DNA of 64,000 nucleotides from a virus (Duplodnaviria; Caudoviricetes): IMG/VR virus record IMGVR_UViG_2834293421_000001, positions 1 to 64,000 of that record; one strand, 5' to 3'. Shown piece by piece: positions 9,512 to 18,831 of this stretch (position 1 is its first letter; each line of letters starts with the position of its first letter). The notes under the pieces were generated by a model. It saw only the letters and a program-made list of their open reading frames with translations, ran no database searches and was not told where the DNA came from. The position numbers and the translations under genes were made by a program.

Positions 9512-10027
9512 ATGACTAAAATTATAAATTTAAACTATGTGAAAAAAGAGCAAGAAAAGTTTTTAGACTACTTGAGAAATGTTGAAGGAATAAAGTATCA
9601 AGAAAGCAAATTTGAAGTTCCTATGTGGCTTACATTAGCTTTATTAAGTGAACTAGTAGAAGTATTAAATGAAACTAAGATACATAAGTGGTGGGATAGG
9701 TCACCTGCAAATCCAGATAGAATAAAAGAAGAACTAGCAGATTTGTTAAGTCATTTAGGTAATTTAGCAAATGAATTAGATATAGATTTAATTGCTTCAG
9801 TTGAAGAAACACAAACAACAAGTTTAGAGAACCAGTTTATTTATATAGCTTATAAAATAACTACATTACCATGGAGAAAGATGTTTGGTAAGCATAAGCT
9901 AGACACTTTAATAGTTAAGTATGTAGAGCTTGTATATTCATTAGGATTTGATATGGAAGAAATAAGAGAAGCTTATTTTAATAAGATGAAAGAGAATTAT
10001 CTAAATCCTAAATTTATGGAGAGTTGA
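9512..10027 (+). CDS. Dimeric (all-alpha) dUTPase
   Basis: LALLSELVEVLNE..HKWW, EELADLLSH, AYFNKMKENY. Confidence 0.85.
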   Translation: MTKIINLNYVKKEQEKFLDYLRNVEGIKYQESKFEVPMWLTLALLSELVEVLNETKIHKWWDRSPANPDRIKEELADLLSHLGNLANELDIDLIASVEETQTTSLENQFIYIAYKITTLPWRKMFGKHKLDTLIVKYVELVYSLGFDMEEIREAYFNKMKENYLNPKFMES

Positions 10028-10031
10028 TACT

Positions 10032-10226
10032 ATGAAGAAAGAAGCTAGTATACCAAGTGTAAAAGAAACATTCTTTAAACCAAGTGACTATAAAACATAT
10101 CCAAATTATATGGCATTGGCACAGTGCATATGTGGATTAGAAATCAATGGAAAAGTAAAGTTTCCAGAAAGTGCAGATAAAATAATGAGTGCTTGGGGGA
10201 TTAAAGGTGGTAATAAGGAGGAATAG
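10032..10226 (+). CDS. Hypothetical protein, near-identical to 50111-50332
   Basis: SIPSVKETFFK.SDYKTYPNYMALAQCICG shared. Confidence 0.75.
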   Translation: MKKEASIPSVKETFFKPSDYKTYPNYMALAQCICGLEINGKVKFPESADKIMSAWGIKGGNKEE

Positions 10227-10385
10227 TTATAAATTTTAATATGATTAAATCTAATTCAGTTGAAGAAGGAAAATAAAATCTAAAGTTTATGAGGTGGAGA
10301 TATTAAAGTAAGAGAAAAGATGCCCAATTGGAGCACCTTTAATTTAGTAGATTATTTAATTAGGTAGTTTCAATAAATAAAACTA

Positions 10386-10703
10386 TTAAGATGGATAGAT
10401 GTAAATATTTCCACCACCAAGTATTACTATTCTATACTCAGGACTAATTTTAACTAAATTAAACTTTTCAGAATCAGGAGAAAATCTAATAGACTGAACT
10501 AAAACTTGATTCTCGTCAAATACTTGAAGATAAGCTCCTTCAGTTTTTGAAACATTTTGAACTATATATTTGTTATCCTCAGAAAAGTTTAAATCAGCAA
10601 CCTTATAGACACCTTCTTTAAATAGGTTAACTGCATAAACACTACTAGATAGGCTTAATAAAAAGCATGAAGATAATAAAAGTACAATTATTTTCTTTTT
10701 CAC
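10386..10703 (-). CDS. Secreted hypothetical protein (moron)
   Basis: Signal peptide ending VYA; RBS AAAGGTGG; downstream hairpin 10315-10340. Confidence 0.8.
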   Translation of the reverse strand: MKKKIIVLLLSSCFLLSLSSSVYAVNLFKEGVYKVADLNFSEDNKYIVQNVSKTEGAYLQVFDENQVLVQSIRFSPDSEKFNLVKISPEYRIVILGGGNIYIYPS

Positions 10704-10946
10704 ATTAAAACCACCTTTCTAGAATAGTTTGACTCTTAAAAAAATAAATATTCGTTAACCTAAAGAGAAATAATTGACTGAATGAAAAGATAAATTTTAC
10801 ATTTTATATAGAAAAAAGACTAGAAATTAATCTAGCCTTTAATGATAAATGCGTTTGTACACGATGATCATACACAGAAGATAATTCTATTATATGAAGT
10901 TATAAATCAGTTATTCAAAAAAATATAAAAGATTTAGGAGGTTGAT

Positions 10947-11348
10947 ATGGAAGTTAATTTTACAATAGATGGGAAACCACAGGGCAAAGGAAGACCAAGA
11001 TTAAGTTATGGAAGGGTAAAAACACCAGAGCAAACTGTTATGTATGAAAATTATATTAAGTTATTGTATAGAGCACAGGTAAAAACATATTTTGAAGGTC
11101 CTATAAAGATAGCTATAAATTGCTTTTATCCAATAGCTAAAAGTGATAGCAAAAAGAAAAAACAGGCTAAGTTAAATGGAGAAATTAGACCCCACAATAT
11201 AAAGCCTGATGCAGACAATGTTATAAAGGTAATATGCGATGCTTTAAATGAAGTTGCTTACAAAGATGATACTCAAATAGTTGAATTAATAGCTTCTAAG
11301 TATTTTTCAGATAAGCCTAGGGTAGAGGTTACAATACAAAAAATTTAA
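10947..11348 (+). CDS. rusA: RusA-family Holliday junction resolvase
   Basis: GKPQGKGRPR, KPDADN..K.ICDALN..AYKDDTQIV. Confidence 0.93.
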   Translation: MEVNFTIDGKPQGKGRPRLSYGRVKTPEQTVMYENYIKLLYRAQVKTYFEGPIKIAINCFYPIAKSDSKKKKQAKLNGEIRPHNIKPDADNVIKVICDALNEVAYKDDTQIVELIASKYFSDKPRVEVTIQKI

Positions 11349-11441
11349 AGCTTACTTAAACTTAAGCAAAATTTAAGGAAATGTATGTATAATGATTACT
11401 TGTACAATTTTAAGCATTAGAAATATGTGGAGGATGATAGT

Positions 11442-11699
11442 ATGAATGGCAAAACAAATAAAGGAATTATAAGAAATATAGACTCATTAGGAAGAGTTGT
11501 AATACCAAAAGAATTTAGAAAAATGTTAAATATAAAGGAAAATGAGCCTGTTGAAATAGTATGTGAAAATGGAGCTATTACAGTAAAAAAACATAATGAT
11601 TCATGTATTTTATGTGGATCAAAAGAAGATTTAAAAAATGTAAAAAATATTTTAATATGTGAAAAATGTCTAGAGGAAATGAAAGATATTATAAGTTAA
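11442..11699 (+). CDS. AbrB-family regulator with C-terminal Zn finger
   Basis: GIIRNIDSLGRVVIPKEFR; CILCG...ICEKC. Confidence 0.9.
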   Translation: MNGKTNKGIIRNIDSLGRVVIPKEFRKMLNIKENEPVEIVCENGAITVKKHNDSCILCGSKEDLKNVKNILICEKCLEEMKDIIS

Positions 11700-11722
11700 A
11701 AGGAAATAGGAAGTGACTGCTT

Positions 11723-12226
11723 ATGGAAAAAAAAGAACTATTTAAAAAGGTAGAAGGAAGATTACATAATTATAAGTTTTTAGAAGCTCAAATAAGTAAT
11801 ATAGAATTAGATATAAAGAAAGAAAAACTGGAATATAGAGGTTGTGGAGCCATAAGTTATGATGAACGAACAGGTGTAACCTATAATATTTCTAGGATTG
11901 TTGAAAAAGAGGTTATAGCTAAAGAAAAGAAAATAGCTAAGTTGATGCAAAGTAAACTAGAAAAAGAAATTGAGAAAGAGAAGATAGAAAACTCATTAAG
12001 CTGCTTAGACCATAATGAAACTAATTTCTTTAAATTATTCTATAACAGTAAAAGTAAAAATAACATGAAGTATATAAGTATAAAATTGCACATGGATCGC
12101 AGTCATTGCTATAAAATTAGAGAGAGATTAGTTTATAAAGTTATGGGGATGTTATATCCTAATTATGAAGAATTACCATTATTCAATGAATATGATATGA
12201 AACCCAACACTTTCACTACATTTTAA
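11723..12226 (+). CDS. ArpU/RinA-like late transcriptional activator
   Basis: VEGRLHNY...C-terminal sigma4-like HTH; last gene before packaging module. Confidence 0.8.
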   Translation: MEKKELFKKVEGRLHNYKFLEAQISNIELDIKKEKLEYRGCGAISYDERTGVTYNISRIVEKEVIAKEKKIAKLMQSKLEKEIEKEKIENSLSCLDHNETNFFKLFYNSKSKNNMKYISIKLHMDRSHCYKIRERLVYKVMGMLYPNYEELPLFNEYDMKPNTFTTF

Positions 12227-12361
12227 CTACAAAGTGAAGATTTTTTACAAATAAAAAGGTAGTAATATAGTAGTATAGGAAATTGAAGATGCTATAATTT
12301 TTTATTCCCCAATACCCCTTTTTATATAATTGCTAGGGTATAATAATTATCCTAGCAACGT

Positions 12362-12430
12362 GAGGATATAGTTTAAAGGCAAAATATCTAATTTAGATGA
12401 TAGAAGGTTCGATTCCTTTAATTCTCACCA
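12362..12430 (+). ncRNA. tRNA-like RNA without a canonical anticodon loop (copy 1)
   Basis: Acceptor GAGGATA/AATTCTC+A+CCA, D-arm GTTT/AAAT, T-arm GAAGG-TTCGATT-CCTTT, anticodon arm ATCTA-ATT-TAGAT (3-nt loop); 69 nt. Confidence 0.7.
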
Positions 12431-12521
12431 ATATAACTTTACGGCTCTTAAGAGCACTCTGTAGCGGTATGGAGTATAAACTACTTATATTTATTAGTTA
12501 GTAACAACAACTTATCCGTTC

Positions 12522-12553
12522 AAAAAAGTCAGGACTTTCTCACCTGGCTTTTT
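12522..12553 (+). terminator. Intrinsic terminator closing the conserved RNA region
   Basis: aaaaaagtcagg...cctggctttttt; same at 51941-51973. Confidence 0.8.
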
Positions 12554-12577
12554 TATTTTATGTAAAATGGTGAATAT

Positions 12578-12721
12578 ATGAAAAAGTGGAAAGATGCTGA
12601 TGAAGTGATTAATATGGTACATGAGTTACCGAGTGAATTGAAAGATGTTGATAGGGAAATGAGTAAGAAACCTAATTTTGATAAAATTAAGAAAAAAGAA
12701 GGAAAACCTCGATTTAAGTAG
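12578..12721 (+). CDS. Small hypothetical protein (47 aa)
   Basis: MKKWKDADEVINMVHELPSELK...; weak RBS. Confidence 0.4.
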   Translation: MKKWKDADEVINMVHELPSELKDVDREMSKKPNFDKIKKKEGKPRFK

Positions 12722-12750
12722 AATTATATACTTGAAAGCGAGGTGATATT

Positions 12751-13314
12751 ATGGAGTGGTATGATATGTCTGAATTGAAAAGTATAAGCTATACATGCGG
12801 ATTTTGTAGTTGTATAGTAGGGAATGATAGAGGGTTTTATACTTCAAGTGATATTAGTAAATTTCATCATGTAGACAAAATATATGTATGTCCAAAGTGT
12901 GGTAAACCAACTTTTTTTGATAAAGATGGGACTCAGTATCCAGGAGTGAAGTATGGAAGCCATGTAAATAGTATAAATAAAGAAGAAGTTGAATCTTTGT
13001 ATAATGAAGCTAGAAGTTGCTTTAGTATAAATTCTTTTACTTCTGTGGCTCTATGTTGCAGGAAATTACTAATGAATATAGCTGTTGATTTAGGAGCAGA
13101 TGAAAATAAAAAATTTGCATACTATGTAAATTGGCTAGATGAAAATAATTATATACTTCCTAATGCTAAAGGATGGGTTGATCAAATAAGAAAAATTGGG
13201 AATGAAGCAACACATGAAATTCATATAATAAGCAGTGAGGATGCAGAAAAATCTTTGAAGTTTATAGAAATGATATTAAAACTTGTATATGAGTTTCCAG
13301 CTATGGTTGAATAA
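12751..13314 (+). CDS. Zn-ribbon + DUF4145 (HEPN-like) protein
   Basis: CGFC/CPKC; YNEARSC...CRKLL; IRKIGNEATH motif. Confidence 0.85.
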   Translation: MEWYDMSELKSISYTCGFCSCIVGNDRGFYTSSDISKFHHVDKIYVCPKCGKPTFFDKDGTQYPGVKYGSHVNSINKEEVESLYNEARSCFSINSFTSVALCCRKLLMNIAVDLGADENKKFAYYVNWLDENNYILPNAKGWVDQIRKIGNEATHEIHIISSEDAEKSLKFIEMILKLVYEFPAMVE

Positions 13315-13389
13315 AAAGTATTATTATTTAGAACTCTCTTGTAGAGTTCTTTTTCATTTTCCAAAACGACGAATAAGTGAGGTGGTGAT

Positions 13390-14106
13390 GTGGCTCGTGT
13401 AAGAAGTCCGAATAGAGATAAAGCATATGAGATATATAAAGAACACAATGGAAATATTGATTTAGTTAAGATTGCTAGCATTTTAGGTATATCACCAGGG
13501 ACAGTTAGGGGATGGAAGAATAAAGATAGTTGGGAGTCTCAATTAAATAGAACGTTCCATAATAATAAAGAACGTTCTAAAAAGAAAAAAGGTGGTCAGC
13601 CAGGAAATAAGAATGCTACTGGGCCTCCAGGAAATAAAAATGCTGAAAAGTTTGGCTTTTTCTCTAAGTACTTACCAGAAGAAACTTTGGATTTAATGAA
13701 AGAAATATCAGAGAAAAACCAATTAGACATACTTTGGGAGCAAATAACAATTCAATATGCAGCAATAATAAGAGCTCAACGTATTATGTATGTTGAGAAA
13801 AAAGATGAAATGATAAAGGAACTTAAGAAGGAAGAAACTAGCGAATATGGCCAAAAGATAGAATATGAGTTCCAGTTTGCTTGGGATAGACAAGCAACAT
13901 TCTTAAATGCTCAAAGTAGAGCTATGGGAGAATTAAGGAGTTTAATTAAACAATATGAGTCTATGGTTAATGCCAATTGGAATTTAATTACAGAAGAACA
14001 AAAAGCTAGACTAGATCTTATAAAAGCTCAAACAAATAAACTTACTGGTGATAATCAAGAAATAGAAGATACTAGTGATATAGAGAGTGAAATATATGGC
14101 AATTAA
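13390..14106 (+). CDS. Terminase small subunit (YqaS-like)
   Basis: MARVRSPNRDKA, TVRGWK.KDSW, GGQPGNKNA..FGFFSKYLP. Confidence 0.9.
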   Translation: MARVRSPNRDKAYEIYKEHNGNIDLVKIASILGISPGTVRGWKNKDSWESQLNRTFHNNKERSKKKKGGQPGNKNATGPPGNKNAEKFGFFSKYLPEETLDLMKEISEKNQLDILWEQITIQYAAIIRAQRIMYVEKKDEMIKELKKEETSEYGQKIEYEFQFAWDRQATFLNAQSRAMGELRSLIKQYESMVNANWNLITEEQKARLDLIKAQTNKLTGDNQEIEDTSDIESEIYGN

Positions 14107-15433
14107 GAAAAAGAAAACTATTAAATTTAATTTCTCAGAAAAGCATAAAGATTATATAAGAGCCTGTGCGAATAATACATATAATTTTGCAGAAGGAGCC
14201 GTAAGAGCTGGTAAAACCGTAGACAATGTATTTGCTTTTGCACATGAGTTAAAGAATACGCAGGATAGAATTCATTTAGCTACTGGATCAACAAGTGCAA
14301 ATGCTAAGTTAAATATAGGTGATGCTAATGGATTTGGACTAGAGTATATATTTAGAGGTCAAAGTCATTGGGGAAAGTTTAAAGGCAATGAATGTCTTTA
14401 TATTAAAGGTCCAGGAACAAATAATAAACAAAAAATAGTTATATTTGCTGGTGGGGCAAAGGCTGATAGTTATAAAAAGATAAGGGGTAACTCTTATGGA
14501 ATGTGGATAGCAACTGAAATAAATTTACATCATGATAATACTATTAAAGAAGTATTCAACAGAACTATAGCTGCTAAGAAAAGAAAGATATTTTGGGACC
14601 TTAACCCTGATAATCCAAATGCACCTATATATAAAGAGTATATAGATAACTATAAGAAAAAGTATGAAGAAGGAACTTTAAAAGGTGGATATAATTATCA
14701 ACATTTTACTATAGATGATAATATTAATATTCCAGATGAAAGAAAAGAAGAGATTAAAAGTCAGTATGATAAAACATCTATATGGTATCAAAGAGACATA
14801 TTAGGCAAAAGATGTATTGCAGAAGGTCTTATATATAGACAGTTTGCTAATGATACAAAGAAATATATTATCTCTAATAGAGAAATTGCCAATTTAATTA
14901 AGATTACAATAGCTGTAGACTTTGGAGGTAATAAGTCAGGTCATGCATTTGTAGCAACTGGTATTACTGCTGGATATAAAGAATTAATAACATTAGCAAG
15001 TGAACGACACTTTGGTGATGATATAGATCCTGAAAAACTAGGTGAACTTTTTACTAACTTTGTAAAGAAAATAAATCATAAATATGGCTTTGCAGAAGTA
15101 GCTTATTGTGATAGTGCAGAGCAAGTTCTAATAAGAGGTTTAAGAAATGCAGCTATAAAAGAAGGATTAAATATAAGAGTTGCTGATGCATGGAAAACTA
15201 GTGTTAATGACAGGATAAATGCTACTACAAAGTTAATAGCTCAAGGTAGGTTTAAGTATACTGAAGATTGTGAAACGCTTAAAGATGCTTTATGTTCAGC
15301 TATATGGAATCCGAAGGAACTTAAAAATGAAAGGCTAGACGATGGTACATCTGATATAGATACTCTAGATGCTTTTGAATATAGTTTTGAAAGAGATATA
15401 AGACGTTTATTAGATGTATTTATACAAAGGTAA
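14096..15433 (+). CDS. Terminase large subunit (PBSX-like)
   Basis: Walker A EGAVRAGKT, DLNPDNP, VDFGG, DTLDAFEY. Confidence 0.93.
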   Translation: MAIKKKKTIKFNFSEKHKDYIRACANNTYNFAEGAVRAGKTVDNVFAFAHELKNTQDRIHLATGSTSANAKLNIGDANGFGLEYIFRGQSHWGKFKGNECLYIKGPGTNNKQKIVIFAGGAKADSYKKIRGNSYGMWIATEINLHHDNTIKEVFNRTIAAKKRKIFWDLNPDNPNAPIYKEYIDNYKKKYEEGTLKGGYNYQHFTIDDNINIPDERKEEIKSQYDKTSIWYQRDILGKRCIAEGLIYRQFANDTKKYIISNREIANLIKITIAVDFGGNKSGHAFVATGITAGYKELITLASERHFGDDIDPEKLGELFTNFVKKINHKYGFAEVAYCDSAEQVLIRGLRNAAIKEGLNIRVADAWKTSVNDRINATTKLIAQGRFKYTEDCETLKDALCSAIWNPKELKNERLDDGTSDIDTLDAFEYSFERDIRRLLDVFIQR

Positions 15434-15710
15434 AATTTAACTATCCACTAAATATGTATTTAGGGTATAGTTGAAATGTATATTTAAGTAAAATGTTTAA
15501 ATTTCAACGTTTGTTAGTGTTTTTATTAAAGGACTAAATTTATTAATCTTAAGTTAAATATAAAAATTAAATAAATAAAGTTAGACAAAATAAATACAAA
15601 TAAATTGAAATATATATTTTACTTAAATAAATAAATTAAAATATGATTTATTTAATGCAAAACTTTAATTTGTTATTTTACTAATAAAAATTAAAAAGAG
15701 GTATTTATTT

Positions 15711-17132
15711 ATGTTCTCAAGATTAAAAAAAGTGATTAAGGGGGTGGTTTATAACATGTTAAATAGAATTGATATTTCTAAAGAATTAAATATAGAAATT
15801 GCAATGAATGATAATATGGCCAATGCGATTAACTTATGGAGTAATATGTATAATAATAGTCCCCCTTGGATTAATGATGAAGTACTTCCATTAGGTATTC
15901 CTGGAGCTATAGCTAATGAGTTAGCAAGACTGGCTACTATAGAATTTAAAAGTGAAATAAATAATAATGAGGGTTTAAATGAAATCTATCAAGAGCTAAT
16001 AGATGTATTAAGAATTAATACAGAATATGCATGTGCTAAAGGTGGATTAATATTTAAGCCCTATTTTAATGGGAAAAATATAGAGATAGATCTTATTCAC
16101 CAAGATAACTTCTTACCTATTTCATATAATGCTATAGGAGAAATTACAGCAGCAGTTTTTTTAGAGTATAAAATTACTGGTGATAAAAAGTATACTAGAT
16201 TAGAGTATCATGATTTTAAAGAAGGTAATTATACTATAAAGAACATAGCATATGTAAAAAGTAACCTTGTAAAAGATAATAGTCTAGGAAAAAGAACTAT
16301 ATTGGCAAGTGTTCCAGAATGGAGTGAATTACAAGAAGAGATAACAATAAATAATATCACAAGACCTTTATTTAGTTATTTTAAGATACCACAGGCTAAT
16401 GCTATAGATGTTAATAGTCCTTTAGGTGTATCATGTTATGCTAAAGCCAGTGATTTAATAAAGGAAGCAGATAAACAATATTCTCGTATATTATGGGAAT
16501 ATGAAGCAACAGAAATAGCTATAAATGCATCTGAAAGCTTATTTGTAAGAAAAGAAGATGGTACATATGAACTCCCAAAAGGTAAAGAAAGATTATATAG
16601 AGTATTTCCTTGGGAAGACAGAGAAGGAAAAAGAAATTTAGATACATTTAGTCCCGATATAAGGGATAGTAATTTATTTAATGGACTTAATAATATATTA
16701 AGAAAGGTTGAGTTTAACTGTGGACTTGCTTATGGGACTTTAAGTGATATTAATGATGTATCTAAGACAGCAACAGAGATAAAGACATCTAGGCAAAGAA
16801 GTTATTCAACTGTTAAAGATATACAGAAATCTCTAGAAAAAGCTCTTAAAGACTTAATAGTAAGTATGAATGATTTAGCAACTTTATATAAGTTAAATGT
16901 AAGTTCTATAGATATAGATAAAGATGTTAGTTTTGATTGGGATGATTCACTTGTACTTGATAAAGATAGTGAATTAGAATCAATGAGAAATGATGTTGCA
17001 GTTGGTATATTAAGACCTGAGATATATTTAGCTAAGAAATATGGAGTATCTGAAGATGAAGCATTAAAAATGATGCCTGATGTTGAAGATAGCATAAAAA
17101 CAAAATCTCCTTTTGATAATCTAGAGGAATAG
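15711..17132 (+). CDS. Portal protein (A118/SPP1-like)
   Basis: YTRLEYH, SPLGVS, GLAYGTLS, KTATEI, DWDDS. Confidence 0.92.
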   Translation: MFSRLKKVIKGVVYNMLNRIDISKELNIEIAMNDNMANAINLWSNMYNNSPPWINDEVLPLGIPGAIANELARLATIEFKSEINNNEGLNEIYQELIDVLRINTEYACAKGGLIFKPYFNGKNIEIDLIHQDNFLPISYNAIGEITAAVFLEYKITGDKKYTRLEYHDFKEGNYTIKNIAYVKSNLVKDNSLGKRTILASVPEWSELQEEITINNITRPLFSYFKIPQANAIDVNSPLGVSCYAKASDLIKEADKQYSRILWEYEATEIAINASESLFVRKEDGTYELPKGKERLYRVFPWEDREGKRNLDTFSPDIRDSNLFNGLNNILRKVEFNCGLAYGTLSDINDVSKTATEIKTSRQRSYSTVKDIQKSLEKALKDLIVSMNDLATLYKLNVSSIDIDKDVSFDWDDSLVLDKDSELESMRNDVAVGILRPEIYLAKKYGVSEDEALKMMPDVEDSIKTKSPFDNLEE

Positions 17133-17133
17133 T

Positions 17134-18831
17134 ATGGCATTAACTCCAGAAGAATTAAAATATATACCTGAAAGTTTTATTAATTTATATCAGGAATTAG
17201 AAGACTTTATAATCGCTGATATAGCCAGAAGGATTGCTAAGGTTGGTAATTTAACAGATAGTGCTAAGCTAGAGACTATAAGAGCAAATGAGATAGGTAT
17301 ATCACTTAATCTCATAAAAGAAAAGATTAAAGAAATATCAGATATGACTGAAGAAAAGGTAAATGAAATCTTTAATGATATTAGTGTATATTCTATTTCA
17401 AAAGAAAATGAATTATATAGTGCTGCTGGATTAAATACTGTTAAAGTAACTGAAAATGTAGAATTGTCCAATATAATAGAATCTGCTATCAAACAAACTT
17501 CAGGAGATCTATATAACTTAACTCAATCTATGGGATTTGCACAGAAAGTTAATGGAAAAGTAGTATATAAGCCTATAGCTAAATACTATCATGATGCAAT
17601 GGATTTAGCTGTTATGCAAATTAAATCAGGCTCAACAAGCTATAATACAGCTATTAAACAAGCTGTAAATAGATTATGTGAAAGTGGTATAAGAAGTGTT
17701 GACTATGAAAGTGGAGTTGCAAATAGAATAGATGTTGCTGTTAGAAGAGCTGTTTTAACTGGATCTAATCAAATGTCACAAAAGTTAACTTTAGAAGGAA
17801 TGAAAGAGACTGGAAATGACTTTGTAGAAACTACAGCACATATTGGAGCAAGACCAAGTCATGCATTATGGCAAGGTAAAGTATTTTGTTATAGTGGAAA
17901 TAGTAAAGAATATCCTCCTTTTATAGAAAGTACAGGCTATGGTACAGGTCCAGGACTTGGAGGATGGAACTGTAGACATAGTTTCTACCCTTTTATTCCA
18001 GGAATAAGTAAAAGAGCCTATACAGATGAAGATTTAGATAATATAGATCCCCCACCATTTACTTATAATGGTACAGAATATACTTATTATGAAGCAAGCC
18101 AACATCAAAGACTTATTGGAAGAAATATAAGAAAAACTAAAACTAAGTTAATAGGATATAAGGCTGCGGGACTTACAGAGGAATTTACTAATACTAGTAT
18201 TAAACTCAAACAACAAGAGAAGTATTATAGAGAATTTAGTAAAGCTGCTAATATACCTATAGAAAAGGATAGACTTCAAGTATATAAATTCAATAAGAGT
18301 ATATCTCAAAAGGCTGTTTGGGCATCAAATAAAACATTTGTTCAAAGTCTTAAGGAAATAGGAATACAAAATCCACCTAAAAGTGAAAAAGATTTTGAAA
18401 GATTAAAATTAACAAATCCTAGAGAATATAAACTAATGGATGGATATATTTTAGCTACTAAGAAGGGTGATATATCTGTATTAATTGGATATGATATCTA
18501 TAAGAAAATAGCTAGTGAAATTGAAGAAAAATTAATTGGAATTACTACTAAAAATGGTATAATTATAGAAGACTATGCTGTTCATTTTATAGATAGAGTA
18601 ATCGGAGGATTCGAAGAAAGTAATTATGCACAGTCTGGAAAAAGAAAAGGTGTTAAGGTCGATAGTATATTAGAAGCTTTATTAAATCCAGAATCAATTG
18701 GAGATATAGTATACAATCGAAATACAAATAAGCCAAGTATTGTATTTAAAGGTTTAAAATTAGATGTTTCTGTGAATCCTGAAACAGGAACTTTAATTCA
18801 AACAAATCCTATAAAAGGTAAGGGGAAATAA
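17134..18831 (+). CDS. Minor capsid protein (Phage_min_cap2/MuF-like) with C-terminal toxin-like extension
   Basis: HIGARPSHALWQG, GLGGWNCRHSFYPF; extra ~160 aa with HFIDR...R.GV...VSVNPETG. Confidence 0.85.
   Translation: MALTPEELKYIPESFINLYQELEDFIIADIARRIAKVGNLTDSAKLETIRANEIGISLNLIKEKIKEISDMTEEKVNEIFNDISVYSISKENELYSAAGLNTVKVTENVELSNIIESAIKQTSGDLYNLTQSMGFAQKVNGKVVYKPIAKYYHDAMDLAVMQIKSGSTSYNTAIKQAVNRLCESGIRSVDYESGVANRIDVAVRRAVLTGSNQMSQKLTLEGMKETGNDFVETTAHIGARPSHALWQGKVFCYSGNSKEYPPFIESTGYGTGPGLGGWNCRHSFYPFIPGISKRAYTDEDLDNIDPPPFTYNGTEYTYYEASQHQRLIGRNIRKTKTKLIGYKAAGLTEEFTNTSIKLKQQEKYYREFSKAANIPIEKDRLQVYKFNKSISQKAVWASNKTFVQSLKEIGIQNPPKSEKDFERLKLTNPREYKLMDGYILATKKGDISVLIGYDIYKKIASEIEEKLIGITTKNGIIIEDYAVHFIDRVIGGFEESNYAQSGKRKGVKVDSILEALLNPESIGDIVYNRNTNKPSIVFKGLKLDVSVNPETGTLIQTNPIKGKGK

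Noticed and set aside
12362-12430. Functional decoding tRNA gene
   Set aside because: No 7-nt anticodon loop can be formed in either copy; reported as tRNA-like instead
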